Positions 36,468 to 45,878 of a stretch of 64,000 nucleotides of DNA are shown one piece after another. Source of the DNA: an uncultured virus (IMG/VR IMGVR_UViG_3300017719_000005) (taxonomy: Duplodnaviria; Heunggongvirae; Uroviricota; Caudoviricetes; Kyanoviridae); IMG/VR virus record IMGVR_UViG_3300017719_000005. The stretch is one strand, 5' to 3'. The translations under genes and the position numbers were made by a program. Below the pieces are notes generated by a model. The model saw only the letters and a list, made by a program, of their open reading frames with translations, was not told the origin of the DNA and did no database searches. The first letter of the stretch is position 1; each line of letters starts with the position of its first letter.

Positions 36468-37292
36468 TCAAGACCCGAAGGTCAGAGCGCCTACGCCATC
36501 GGTGATCACTTCTTCGGTGCCACCTGCTGAGGTAATCTTGACGCGATACTTGTAACCGTCCAGAGTGTCGCCAGCGAGACCACTGTAAGCAAGAGTTGCG
36601 GTCGTGAAGTCTGCATAGGTGATGCCAGTGTCAAGGGAAGCAGTGATGTTAGTCCACTTCTTAGTTGAGGCAGCAGTCTGACGTTGCCAGACATATGCAA
36701 GTGCTCCAGGTGTTCCTGTGGTGGATGTGGTAAGAGTAAACGTACCAGCACCAGAGGAAGAAGTAGAAGCAGCAGGTTGTGCTGTAACAGTTACAGCAGA
36801 TGCTACATCAGCAACCACAGTGTCATCAGCGTCGTCACCAGCAGCACCAGCAGTAGCATGGACGAATGCTAAGCACTCTGCCTTATGCTTGGTGTCACCA
36901 TTAGCAGTGGTGTATGTGCGATACTGCCACCAACCAGGACCTGTGATACCGCGAGACTTATTCTCAGCGAGTGACATTTCCGTGGTGTCAACAAATACGA
37001 GATCATATGAGTTGCTGTCGCCACCCTTGATCACATACTCAGCAACCGCTTTAGGTGCAGTCCTACGGACAGCGCCAGCGAGAGCAGCAGCAGTGCTACC
37101 TGCATATACTTTGTGCAATTCGATTGCAGTAGTGCTAGTAACTTCTTTAACGATGTAAGCAACGTTAGAGAGCTCTAAGATGTCGCCTACGACGACGGTA
37201 TCCGCAGCGTTTTTCGTAACAGTGGCGTCACCATTGGTGACCGCTACATTGTTTGCGAAGGTTGCGGCATCAATTTTTCCAAATACAGCCAT
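36468..37292 (-). CDS. Virion structural protein with Ig-like C-terminal domain
   Basis: Thr/Ala-rich; QP...YVWQ...DGYKYRV Ig pattern; TATAAATA at 37329-37336. Confidence 0.75.
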   Translation of the reverse strand: MAVFGKIDAATFANNVAVTNGDATVTKNAADTVVVGDILELSNVAYIVKEVTSTTAIELHKVYAGSTAAALAGAVRRTAPKAVAEYVIKGGDSNSYDLVFVDTTEMSLAENKSRGITGPGWWQYRTYTTANGDTKHKAECLAFVHATAGAAGDDADDTVVADVASAVTVTAQPAASTSSSGAGTFTLTTSTTGTPGALAYVWQRQTAASTKKWTNITASLDTGITYADFTTATLAYSGLAGDTLDGYKYRVKITSAGGTEEVITDGVGALTFGS

Positions 37293-37337
37293 TGTTTCTC
37301 CGTGTATGAAGATTATATTCCTATAAGTTATTTATAG

Positions 37338-37514
37338 CTATTCTTCTTTCTGGAAAAGAAGTGACTCTACTACATCAACTGCCTTGTCGTCTAACTTGTT
37401 ATCAGTTGTAGCGACTAGGGAGCGCAGCACGTCCACAAGAAAGTGGCGCACTTCGTCTTTACCAAGTAGTGCAGTGATTGTTTTCTTTGCTAAAGGTAGG
37501 AGCAGTGCTAACAT
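37338..37514 (-). CDS. Small protein of the TDNxxDD type (58 aa)
   Basis: Manual translation MLALLLPLAKK...TTDNKLDDKAVDVV. Confidence 0.65.
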   Translation of the reverse strand: MLALLLPLAKKTITALLGKDEVRHFLVDVLRSLVATTDNKLDDKAVDVVESLLFQKEE

Positions 37515-37547
37515 AGATCAATACGGGTTACTGATCTATATATGTGA

Positions 37548-37931
37548 TTACTTCCCGCCTGCCTTCTTTCTATCGAAATCGGCTGTAGCTTGTAGCATCT
37601 TTTCCTTCATGCGATCCTTAGCAGCTTTCTTTGCAGCGTCGTCTGCTACGTTGTCTACCTTGGGGGCAGGGGTGTCGCACTCTTCTTTCTTGACATCCTG
37701 ACCAGGCTCATACCACTTGCCATCGCCGTCAGAATCCTGCCAACGCTTACCTGCCTTGGCGGCTTTGATGTGTTTGTCTTTTTTCTTGGCAGCTTCCTTG
37801 AGTGCTTCTACGCTACTCAGGATTCTACTTCTCAGATGTTCAGACATAAGGTCCTCTTTCTTTGGATTGATGGTGACGTTACCTTTCTTGGTAGTCTTTA
37901 GAGATGATTCTTTGTGACCGATTGGTTTCAT
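37548..37931 (-). CDS. Lys-rich hypothetical late protein
   Basis: WQDSDGDGKWYEPG.DVKKEE. Confidence 0.7.
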   Translation of the reverse strand: MKPIGHKESSLKTTKKGNVTINPKKEDLMSEHLRSRILSSVEALKEAAKKKDKHIKAAKAGKRWQDSDGDGKWYEPGQDVKKEECDTPAPKVDNVADDAAKKAAKDRMKEKMLQATADFDRKKAGGK

Positions 37932-38806
37932 TCAATCTCACCCATCTTTTGTAATTCAGCCTCAGTAAATAATCCTGAGTCCGATAGTTTATTTATAAAG
38001 TCCTCATTCTTTGCTTTGAGGTTTGCTTTACGCATTACTAATTCGGCACGACCACCTTTGTCCATCCTACCTTGTGCCTTTGGTTTCTTAGAACCACCAG
38101 CAGGTTGTGGACCAGCGCCACCGTCGTCAACTCTTCTGCCGTGAGAGTATTTTGCACCACTCCCTTTAGAATCGCCAGAGACCATCTTGCCACCTTGTGA
38201 GCGACCGTCTTGATACTCTTTCTCGGACTGTCCGTGCTTACCTTTGTAGAGTTCGTCTAACTCTTCTTCTTTGACACAGTTGGGGACATCTTTGCCACCC
38301 TTCTTCTTAGTGCCACTTGCTTTGTATCCGTCCCAGCACTTGCTAGCACCCACATTCTTGCGTGCTTGCTTGAGACCTTCAAGCATTTCTTGATGGAGGT
38401 CATCGATATCAATGCCGACCACTTCTTCTTTGGCGGTCACGCCGAGGTCAGCAGCATCTCTCGCTGACTTCTCTCCTTTCTTACCGACAACAATGTAACG
38501 ACCGTCTGCCTTCTTACCAGTGATGAGCATAGAGTCACCACTACCAGATCTGACAACACGACCTACATTTCGATCATCTTTATACTCTGCCTTCTTCTTT
38601 GAGACGGAGTTACGATCAATTTTGAATCCTGCATAGCCTTCTACTGTAGGCTCGTAAGCATCGAATGCTTCCATCACTTTCATGACACCTGTGTGGAGTC
38701 TCTGTGATTTTGGAAGAGTATCTTCTTCGATTGCTTTGAGGATGTATGTCTGCTCAGTGGGATTGTAATCCATGAGTGCGGCAGACACCAGCATTTCTAA
38801 CGTCAT
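37928..38806 (-). CDS. Lys/Gly-rich hypothetical late protein (possible internal head protein)
   Basis: KCWDGYK..GTKKKGGK.VPNCVKEE module. Confidence 0.7.
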   Translation of the reverse strand: MTLEMLVSAALMDYNPTEQTYILKAIEEDTLPKSQRLHTGVMKVMEAFDAYEPTVEGYAGFKIDRNSVSKKKAEYKDDRNVGRVVRSGSGDSMLITGKKADGRYIVVGKKGEKSARDAADLGVTAKEEVVGIDIDDLHQEMLEGLKQARKNVGASKCWDGYKASGTKKKGGKDVPNCVKEEELDELYKGKHGQSEKEYQDGRSQGGKMVSGDSKGSGAKYSHGRRVDDGGAGPQPAGGSKKPKAQGRMDKGGRAELVMRKANLKAKNEDFINKLSDSGLFTEAELQKMGEIE

Positions 38807-38836
38807 GTTTCTAAACCGAAATGAATTTCGCTAATA

Positions 38837-39976
38837 CTATTTAGTTTCAGCAGATTTTCTGAAATCTGTGAATTTAACTGTCTTTTGACCAGGGGTCATG
38901 TTCTGAAGTGCTTCACGGTAGCGATCAGTCCCTGCTTTCCAGGTGTTACCACTGCCATCATCGGCACTATAGTTGCTTTGATCCTTAGTAGTATCAGCAG
39001 CAACCTCTTGCTTGTGACTAAGATCTGATGGTCCTAGTTGTGCAACTTCACTGATGTGCTGCAACCAGCAACGGTGCTCGCCACCCCAACTATCACGAAT
39101 GATAACGTAGTTAGTGCCACGATGTGCAACCCTACCACGGATACCACTGTCGTCATGCTCTACGATTGCACCCACCTTAAAGATTTGGTTGAGCATATAG
39201 TAGTCACGGAAGGCATCGAAGTCAAGTTTAGGAGCGTATGACCACACAGATTCGTGGACAGACTCACCCTTCTTACCCTTCTTCGCTTTAGGTGGAGGTG
39301 TCATCCCAGTGAGGACATCACCCATCAGTTTCTTAGAGTCCTTGTATCCACCAGTCCCAGCGTGGAATGATTCATGGTCACCCCCTTGGGCGTGTTTACG
39401 CATTGCTGATGCAGACAGATTCTCGATAGGATCATCAGAGTCAGTAGCACGAGCCCCTGCAGACTTAATGTTAATAGACTTGAAGTCATAGTGCTTACCA
39501 TTATATTTGTTAGCAAGAGTTTCAAACTCTTTCACACGGTCGTCTCCGACAACCATAGTTACATGCTCATGCCCTTCATCATGAAGGTCACGAAGGATAT
39601 CAAAAATATTTCTGTGCGCTTCATTGTTCTGGATAGCATCCTTGTGCCCCTTAAACATCTTACGCATGTGATCCACCTTCTGATGTGCAGTCAGTGGATT
39701 CTTCTTATGATCTTGCGATCTAGATGGGTAGATACGATAGTTACCTGAGTCACCACCATGGTCCTTGACTGCATCAAGGAGTTTACCATGACCAGCATGA
39801 GGTGGATTGAATCTACCAAAGGTGATAGCAACATGCTTATCATCTATCTTTGCTTGAGCAGCAGGAGACTTACCCTTACTAGATGTGGAAGGTTTCTTAG
39901 CAGCAGGTTTTGCTGCAGCCGCTGCTTCTCTTATGAATGTAATAAATCGCATTGGTTTACTAAAAAACTCAGCCAT
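38837..39976 (-). CDS. Cytidylyltransferase-like (HIGH-motif) nucleotidyltransferase
   Basis: FGRFNPPHAGH, VVGDDR, SASAMR. Confidence 0.88.
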   Translation of the reverse strand: MAEFFSKPMRFITFIREAAAAAKPAAKKPSTSSKGKSPAAQAKIDDKHVAITFGRFNPPHAGHGKLLDAVKDHGGDSGNYRIYPSRSQDHKKNPLTAHQKVDHMRKMFKGHKDAIQNNEAHRNIFDILRDLHDEGHEHVTMVVGDDRVKEFETLANKYNGKHYDFKSINIKSAGARATDSDDPIENLSASAMRKHAQGGDHESFHAGTGGYKDSKKLMGDVLTGMTPPPKAKKGKKGESVHESVWSYAPKLDFDAFRDYYMLNQIFKVGAIVEHDDSGIRGRVAHRGTNYVIIRDSWGGEHRCWLQHISEVAQLGPSDLSHKQEVAADTTKDQSNYSADDGSGNTWKAGTDRYREALQNMTPGQKTVKFTDFRKSAETK

Positions 39977-39988
39977 ATACTTTATTTA

Positions 39989-41173
39989 TCAACCCCAGTT
40001 CTTCTCGACGGTGAAATTCGCTCTGGAAAACTCCAAGCGGTCCACCAATTTGAGTGCATTGCCCGACTTGATAGCAACGAATCCTTCTGGTGCAGTAACT
40101 TTGTAACCTTTATCAGTCTTGATATAGGTGCCAATGCCTTGGACTTTCTCTAGTTGTCTGATGACCAGAGTCTTAGCAGCAGTGAGATTCATGTAGGAAG
40201 CGACAGTCATGTAGATAGCAGTGCTATTCATTTTGATAAACTTCAGACCATTCTCTTTCATTGTAAGATACTTCTTCTTGGTTGTCTCCTGCTTCTTGAG
40301 GGAGATCTCCTTATCAAGTGCAGCAGTATAGAAGTCTTCAAATCCCTTGGATACTTGTGCAGCACTGGGGAATGTCTTACCTTGTCGGATATATGTGTTG
40401 AAATAAATCTTAAACATAGGAGCAAGCATAAACTTACCTTCACCACTCGTCTGCAGAATATCTAAGAACTTAGATGCCTGCTTGAGAGATCCTTCTGCCT
40501 TCTTGACAGCAGCATTGTAACGAATACGCTCAGCATTAGTGAAGTAAGACTTACCTTTATCGTCTGAGAAGTTGGAAGAGAATACAGCGACACTCTTCAC
40601 ACCCTGCATACCATTAACATTAACACCAAAGGATGCCTTCATGTCACGGAGGGTAGGACCACCACTATATGAGGTGTGGAATACAATGCCCACCTTCGCT
40701 GCTTGCAATTTCTTTGCCATATCTGTATCGGCAGGTACTGCATAGGTGATGGTGTTGGGTTGGAAGACCAAGGACTTCTCACCATTAATATTTTTAACAA
40801 TCGTATCGTTAGTGAAGAGGAGATCACCCTGTAGCACACCTTTGATACCTAACTTAGGTAACTCGTTAAGACAATCTTTAAGTTTCTCTGCTAAGGCACC
40901 GCTATACCATGTGTCAACATCCTCATGAGTCACACAGATCTTAGGCATCTTAGCAAAGACACCCTTGGTGCCCACGAAGAAGTTACCAGTGCCAGGATGA
41001 ATGCCACAGATGACAGCGGGAGCACCGTCCCACTTAGTAGTGACCCTCATGTTGGACTGAGGTTTGCCAAGCATGTCGCCTAGCGAGCGCAAGAATGCGA
41101 TAGCGTTGTGACCTCCCTTGGATCCTCCATTGAGGATGTCGTCCTCTAGGTGCTCTAAGTGTGTGTTTGCCAT
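39989..41173 (-). CDS. DUF6267-type protein with ligase-like motifs
   Basis: HLEHLED, TKWDGAP, QGDLLF, PEGFV, LKLVDRLEFS. Confidence 0.7.
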   Translation of the reverse strand: MANTHLEHLEDDILNGGSKGGHNAIAFLRSLGDMLGKPQSNMRVTTKWDGAPAVICGIHPGTGNFFVGTKGVFAKMPKICVTHEDVDTWYSGALAEKLKDCLNELPKLGIKGVLQGDLLFTNDTIVKNINGEKSLVFQPNTITYAVPADTDMAKKLQAAKVGIVFHTSYSGGPTLRDMKASFGVNVNGMQGVKSVAVFSSNFSDDKGKSYFTNAERIRYNAAVKKAEGSLKQASKFLDILQTSGEGKFMLAPMFKIYFNTYIRQGKTFPSAAQVSKGFEDFYTAALDKEISLKKQETTKKKYLTMKENGLKFIKMNSTAIYMTVASYMNLTAAKTLVIRQLEKVQGIGTYIKTDKGYKVTAPEGFVAIKSGNALKLVDRLEFSRANFTVEKNWG

Positions 41174-41180
41174 ACCTGTA

Positions 41181-42005
41181 TTATACCTCGTATCGGATCA
41201 CAATGGCGTTCTGACGGACACCTGTAACTTTGTCCGTGCCCCTGCCCTTGAGGGATACCCTGACTCCTGCCACCTTCATCACGTCACGGACTGCCTTCTC
41301 ATCTATGGGTTTGATCCCGTCCTCTGTCAGGATATGAGATGCTGCCCTGTCATCACCGTTAAACAGGAGGGCACCAGTCATACACTCGTGCGTCAAGTTA
41401 TATTTGAATCTATCATATGCTTCTGCACCATTAGGTTTCTGCTTTGATCCTAAGATCTCTTGCAGTTGCTCATTCAACCCACCCGACTTCTTGATATCAG
41501 AGAGGATTGCTTTGGCCTGTGGTTGTGCGATGGTGCCTTTTGCATTCTCACACTTGTTACCGATCTGCTCCAGGACTAATTGTAGATAACCTAGGGTCTC
41601 AGCATCAGTGCTACCACCCATTTCCTTTGCAGTCTTTTTCAAAACATTTTGTAAAACAAGAAGACTCTTATCAACCCCCGCTGATGAGAGTTGAAAAGAG
41701 TCTCCCCATTTCATTGAGCACTTATATACTGTGCTACCAGACTTAAACTTAATATCAGTCTTAGGTTCTTCTCCACCACCAGACATCTTCTCGAATGAAG
41801 AATAGTATTCTTGTCTTGCACCGAGACCAGATGGAGCATAGTTTTGCACAACTCGATCTGCTGCTTGCTTGATGTCATTAGGAATGGCTTCATAGCGTCC
41901 AGCAGCATCATCAAAATCTTTTTTATTTTGTGATGACTTACTGGTGACTCTGCTCATAGCAGAATACATTACAGCGTGCTCAAATTGTAAACCCTTGTTT
42001 GCCAT
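41181..42005 (-). CDS. Hypothetical protein, possible PD-(D/E)xK nuclease
   Basis: G..FE, EPKTDI...SMK pattern. Confidence 0.5.
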   Translation of the reverse strand: MANKGLQFEHAVMYSAMSRVTSKSSQNKKDFDDAAGRYEAIPNDIKQAADRVVQNYAPSGLGARQEYYSSFEKMSGGGEEPKTDIKFKSGSTVYKCSMKWGDSFQLSSAGVDKSLLVLQNVLKKTAKEMGGSTDAETLGYLQLVLEQIGNKCENAKGTIAQPQAKAILSDIKKSGGLNEQLQEILGSKQKPNGAEAYDRFKYNLTHECMTGALLFNGDDRAASHILTEDGIKPIDEKAVRDVMKVAGVRVSLKGRGTDKVTGVRQNAIVIRYEV

Positions 42006-42022
42006 CTGACCTAGGACTCGAT

Positions 42023-42289
42023 CTAACTATTTAGATGATGAGGTTTGTGCTCCCTGTCCATAGGTTGAGACTTGGTGTCGTCGTTGCGTGATAGGTTCTT
42101 GATAACAATGAATGCATCCTTATTATACTTGCGGTCACCCTTTTGGGCTGCCCACTTTTTATTGTATCCTTCAGGTTGCTCGATACCAGATACCTGTGTG
42201 CCACCAATCTCGATGTGAATGTTATCATGCCTTACATCCCAACCAAGGGATGCAATCTGATTCCAAAGATCATCTTGACTAAACTGCAT
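42023..42289 (-). CDS. Conserved cyanophage hypothetical protein
   Basis: IEIGGT...G.RKYNKDAFIVIKNLSR. Confidence 0.7.
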   Translation of the reverse strand: MQFSQDDLWNQIASLGWDVRHDNIHIEIGGTQVSGIEQPEGYNKKWAAQKGDRKYNKDAFIVIKNLSRNDDTKSQPMDREHKPHHLNS

Positions 42290-42945
42290 TAGATATCTCC
42301 TGGAGCACGATTCTCACTGTAGTTGACATCAAACATACCCTCAGGGTAACGTGCTGCCAGTTTCAGTGTGTTGATGTAGATGATTTCATCGAGTCGCATG
42401 TCCAGTGCAATAGCAGCATTGGCAACATACCACATGATATCACCCAACTCTTTCTGCAGGTGCTCTTTGTTAGCAGTGTCCCAAGGTTTGCCTTGGAATT
42501 TGATCTTCTTAACGATCTCTGCAAACTCTCCACCCTCTGCACAGATACCTGCTGCAGCAGTGTCAAGACGCTCGATGTTACAACCTGCTTTGTGCAACTC
42601 AGTCAGACGCTCCATGTAAGACAGGTAGTCCTTACTAGCAGGAGAAGTAACACGATCTACAAAACTGCAATAGCGATCAAGATCCACTTCAAACTTCTCA
42701 CTCCCACCCTTTCCTGCAGCGGCAGCAGCTTTCTTCTCTGCTGCTTTCTTCTTGGTCTTGGGTGCCACAACATCAGGGTTGTTGAGCATCTCCTCAGGAG
42801 TCTTGGGAGTAGAGTCTGCGACCTCTTGAGCACGAACACGCTCCTCTTCAACCTTCTCTTGAGCATCACCAGAGATTTTCTCTGTCTGTTGCTCTAATTC
42901 ATAATTAGGCTCACCTTGTTGGGTAAACTTGTTGGGGTCAGTCAT
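42289..42945 (-). CDS. mazG: MazG-family nucleotide pyrophosphohydrolase
   Basis: EGGEFAEIVKK, ELGDIMWY, KL.ARYP. Confidence 0.92.
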   Translation of the reverse strand: MTDPNKFTQQGEPNYELEQQTEKISGDAQEKVEEERVRAQEVADSTPKTPEEMLNNPDVVAPKTKKKAAEKKAAAAAGKGGSEKFEVDLDRYCSFVDRVTSPASKDYLSYMERLTELHKAGCNIERLDTAAAGICAEGGEFAEIVKKIKFQGKPWDTANKEHLQKELGDIMWYVANAAIALDMRLDEIIYINTLKLAARYPEGMFDVNYSENRAPGDI

Positions 42946-44318
42946 ACTTTGAATCCGTCAAAACTTTTTTTAGTATCGGTGAATGCATCCTCACTGATGT
43001 CACCAGCATCAATGATGTTGTCCTGGGCGGACTGGTCACAATCATACAGCCTCATCTTCGCCCTGTCAATCCCTACAACAAATCGTTTGAATAGGGTGGG
43101 GTCGTTGTATCTATTTTTGAGTTGCTTGACCATGATCTGACCCATCTGCTCCATCTCCTCTGTGGATATAAGCGCGACCATAAGATCAGCAGTAGCAGGC
43201 AGTCCAAAAGACTCGCTAGTATCGGTAATATCCACATCAGAATTTCCATATCCACTTCGGGTAGTTTGAGTAGCAGAGACAATAGGGACATTCAACTTGC
43301 CAGCGAGTCCTCTCAATTCCTCTGCGATGGACTTAACATATGTATAGGAATTGACTGCAGTCCCTTTGTATCGTGAGGACGCACAGATATTAAGGTAGTC
43401 AACAAATACAATGTCAGGATGGAAACCTTTCTTGAGTGACAACTCATTCAAGAGTGCTTCAAAGTGTCCCACATGTGCAGACGCTGTGGGATACTCTTTA
43501 ATAACTAAGCGACCTTGTGTCTTCTTCTTAAGAGAGTCCACCTTCTTGATGTATCTCTCTTTAGTAAACATCGGATCACTCAGTTGTTGGATCGGGATGT
43601 CCAGAAGGTTGGCGTCAATTCGCTCAGCAATCTTCTCCTCTGCCATTTCAAGTGTAATGTAGAGTACGTTCCTCCCCTGCAGGAGACTGGCACTAGCGCA
43701 GTGGCACATGAATAGAGACTTCCCGACACCTGTGCCAGCAAGTGCGATGTTGAGAGTCTTATTAGGCAGACCACCTTTTGTGATTTTGTTAAAATAGTCG
43801 ATGTCAAAGGGAATCTTCTCCTCTTTCCTGTGGTAAAAGTCGTAACGGTCTGATGCATCAGAGATGTAATCGTGACCTACATGATCATCAAAACAGACGC
43901 CCAATGCCTCAGACATAATGCTGGGGATAGCGTCCTTTGTCCTTGTCTTATCTTGTCCATCTGCAATCTTAACTGACTCCATGAGAGCAAGATAGACTGC
44001 ACGTTCTTTACACCACTTCTCAGTGGTCTCCATCAACCATTCATCGTTGTATGTGTCACGGTCTAGGTTATCAAGGAAGGTTTCAATCTCCTTGTAAGTG
44101 TCCTCCGTGATGTCACGTCGCTGCTCAATCTCAATCTTCAGAGCGTTAGGCTCTGGATTGATATCGTACTCACCGATGTATTCCTGAATCGTCTGAAACA
44201 ACAGACGGTTAGTAAACATATCGAAGTATTCATCCTTAAGGAAAGGCAAAACCTTTCGACAGTAATCTTCCTCAAGGATAAGTTTACTGAGTGCAATCTC
44301 TTCGATCTTTAGGCTCAT
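42942..44318 (-). CDS. gp41: Replicative DNA helicase gp41
   Basis: AGTGVGKS, VDYLNI, SESFGLP, KQLKNRY. Confidence 0.97.
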   Translation of the reverse strand: MSLKIEEIALSKLILEEDYCRKVLPFLKDEYFDMFTNRLLFQTIQEYIGEYDINPEPNALKIEIEQRRDITEDTYKEIETFLDNLDRDTYNDEWLMETTEKWCKERAVYLALMESVKIADGQDKTRTKDAIPSIMSEALGVCFDDHVGHDYISDASDRYDFYHRKEEKIPFDIDYFNKITKGGLPNKTLNIALAGTGVGKSLFMCHCASASLLQGRNVLYITLEMAEEKIAERIDANLLDIPIQQLSDPMFTKERYIKKVDSLKKKTQGRLVIKEYPTASAHVGHFEALLNELSLKKGFHPDIVFVDYLNICASSRYKGTAVNSYTYVKSIAEELRGLAGKLNVPIVSATQTTRSGYGNSDVDITDTSESFGLPATADLMVALISTEEMEQMGQIMVKQLKNRYNDPTLFKRFVVGIDRAKMRLYDCDQSAQDNIIDAGDISEDAFTDTKKSFDGFKV

Positions 44319-44875
44319 TGATAATGTAGATAGGTGGTCAATTCATACTTGTCATTACTGATAGGAGCGTTGTCCGAGTAAGGAAACGTCCACCCAGGTG
44401 GATATAATACCACATCACCTTGCTGTGGTTTAATCTTGAGACCCACTTGCGGGAATTCCATTTCGCCTCCCTCCTCAACATCGTTAAGGAAGAATTTGTA
44501 TGCTAGGAATCTCTTAGCAGAGTCGGCATCACCAACATCGATATGTAGACCGAAGTTATCCCCAGTCTCGACATTGTATTTATTCAATTTGATCTGCTCA
44601 AGATTATTCTTGGTTGCCCAGAATTTCTCGCAGTCCATCTGCTTCATGTATTCATGTGCAGACCACTGAATGATGGGTACAATCTGTTGTTGGATTGCAT
44701 TCCACTCATGATCACCCTCGTCTGCCAGGAAAGAAATGTTGATGATGTTATATTGTGGGACACCATCATCCCACCGCATCATCTTGTCAGTATTGTCTGC
44801 CTTAAGGAGAGCATTACGACATACATTTGGATCAAGTGCTTTGGGATAGATCTTAATCCATTCCTTATGATCCAT
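44315..44875 (-). CDS. 2OG-Fe(II) oxygenase-like protein
   Basis: [22 protein letters not shown]; distal His appears replaced. Confidence 0.8.
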   Translation of the reverse strand: MDHKEWIKIYPKALDPNVCRNALLKADNTDKMMRWDDGVPQYNIINISFLADEGDHEWNAIQQQIVPIIQWSAHEYMKQMDCEKFWATKNNLEQIKLNKYNVETGDNFGLHIDVGDADSAKRFLAYKFFLNDVEEGGEMEFPQVGLKIKPQQGDVVLYPPGWTFPYSDNAPISNDKYELTTYLHYQ

Positions 44876-45878
44876 AAGAGAACTCCTGCTCTGCTGCTTT
44901 GTCAAGTTTAACCATCACTTCGGGGGTGAAGTATTTTTCGGGATCAGAGAGAATAGACTTAGGATAAACAGAAGTCTCACCAAACTTGATACGATTACCG
45001 ACCCGTTGGAAGACTCCATACTTCTCACCCAATTCCAGTAGTCCGAAATAGCGGTCAAGTCCACGCTCGTCATAGTAAAGACGTGTTTCAACGACAGTGT
45101 TCTCCTTACTCAGACGCGACTTAGCAGTCTTTGCCTTGATAATGTTTCCAATAACTTCTTTGCCATCCTTCTCTTTTTTCTTTGAGAGATAGATGATTGT
45201 AGATGCAGCATACTTGAGTCCACTGCCTCCACCCATTTCCTTTGTAGGGACATAAGATCCAATAACATCATAAGTGTGGTTAGTAACGATCATAGGCACG
45301 TTTGCTTTACCCAGTTTAAGAGTGAGCACACGGAAGATAGACTTAACTACCTGTGCCCGTGACATATCGCGGGTTTCTTTACCCGCTTCGGTGTCCTCAA
45401 TCTCCTTAGAGGTTGAGAGCATTCCTAATGAGTCTAACACAAACATCATAGGTTGGCGAGACTCCTCAGGCAGACTTAAGTATTTGTCAATAATCTTGAT
45501 TGCCTGCTGCCTAAACTCCTGCACTGTAGTGACAGGGACAATGACCATACGATTTGAGTCAATCTTGCGAGACTCGATCATGTTCTTACTGATGGCAGAC
45601 TCAGATTCAAAATAGATTACACCTGCATCAGGATCCATGTCAAGAAAATGCTTGACAATCCCAAGGCAATAGAAAGTCTTACCAGTTGAAGACTCGCCTG
45701 CCAGAGCTGTAATCTTATTGGACGGGATGCCACCATAGATCGATCCAGATACCAGTGCATTAAAAATATAACTGCCAGTATCGATATAAGAGGTGGTATC
45801 ACCTGCTGCAACTCCGTCTGAAACCAGACCAGCGTATTCATTATCGATCTCCTTTACGATATCAGAAAGAAAATTCAC
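44865..45878 (-). CDS. uvsX: RecA-like recombinase UvsX
   Basis: [29 protein letters not shown] start overlaps the gp43 stop. Confidence 0.96.
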   Translation of the reverse strand: MNFLSDIVKEIDNEYAGLVSDGVAAGDTTSYIDTGSYIFNALVSGSIYGGIPSNKITALAGESSTGKTFYCLGIVKHFLDMDPDAGVIYFESESAISKNMIESRKIDSNRMVIVPVTTVQEFRQQAIKIIDKYLSLPEESRQPMMFVLDSLGMLSTSKEIEDTEAGKETRDMSRAQVVKSIFRVLTLKLGKANVPMIVTNHTYDVIGSYVPTKEMGGGSGLKYAASTIIYLSKKKEKDGKEVIGNIIKAKTAKSRLSKENTVVETRLYYDERGLDRYFGLLELGEKYGVFQRVGNRIKFGETSVYPKSILSDPEKYFTPEVMVKLDKAAEQEFSYGS

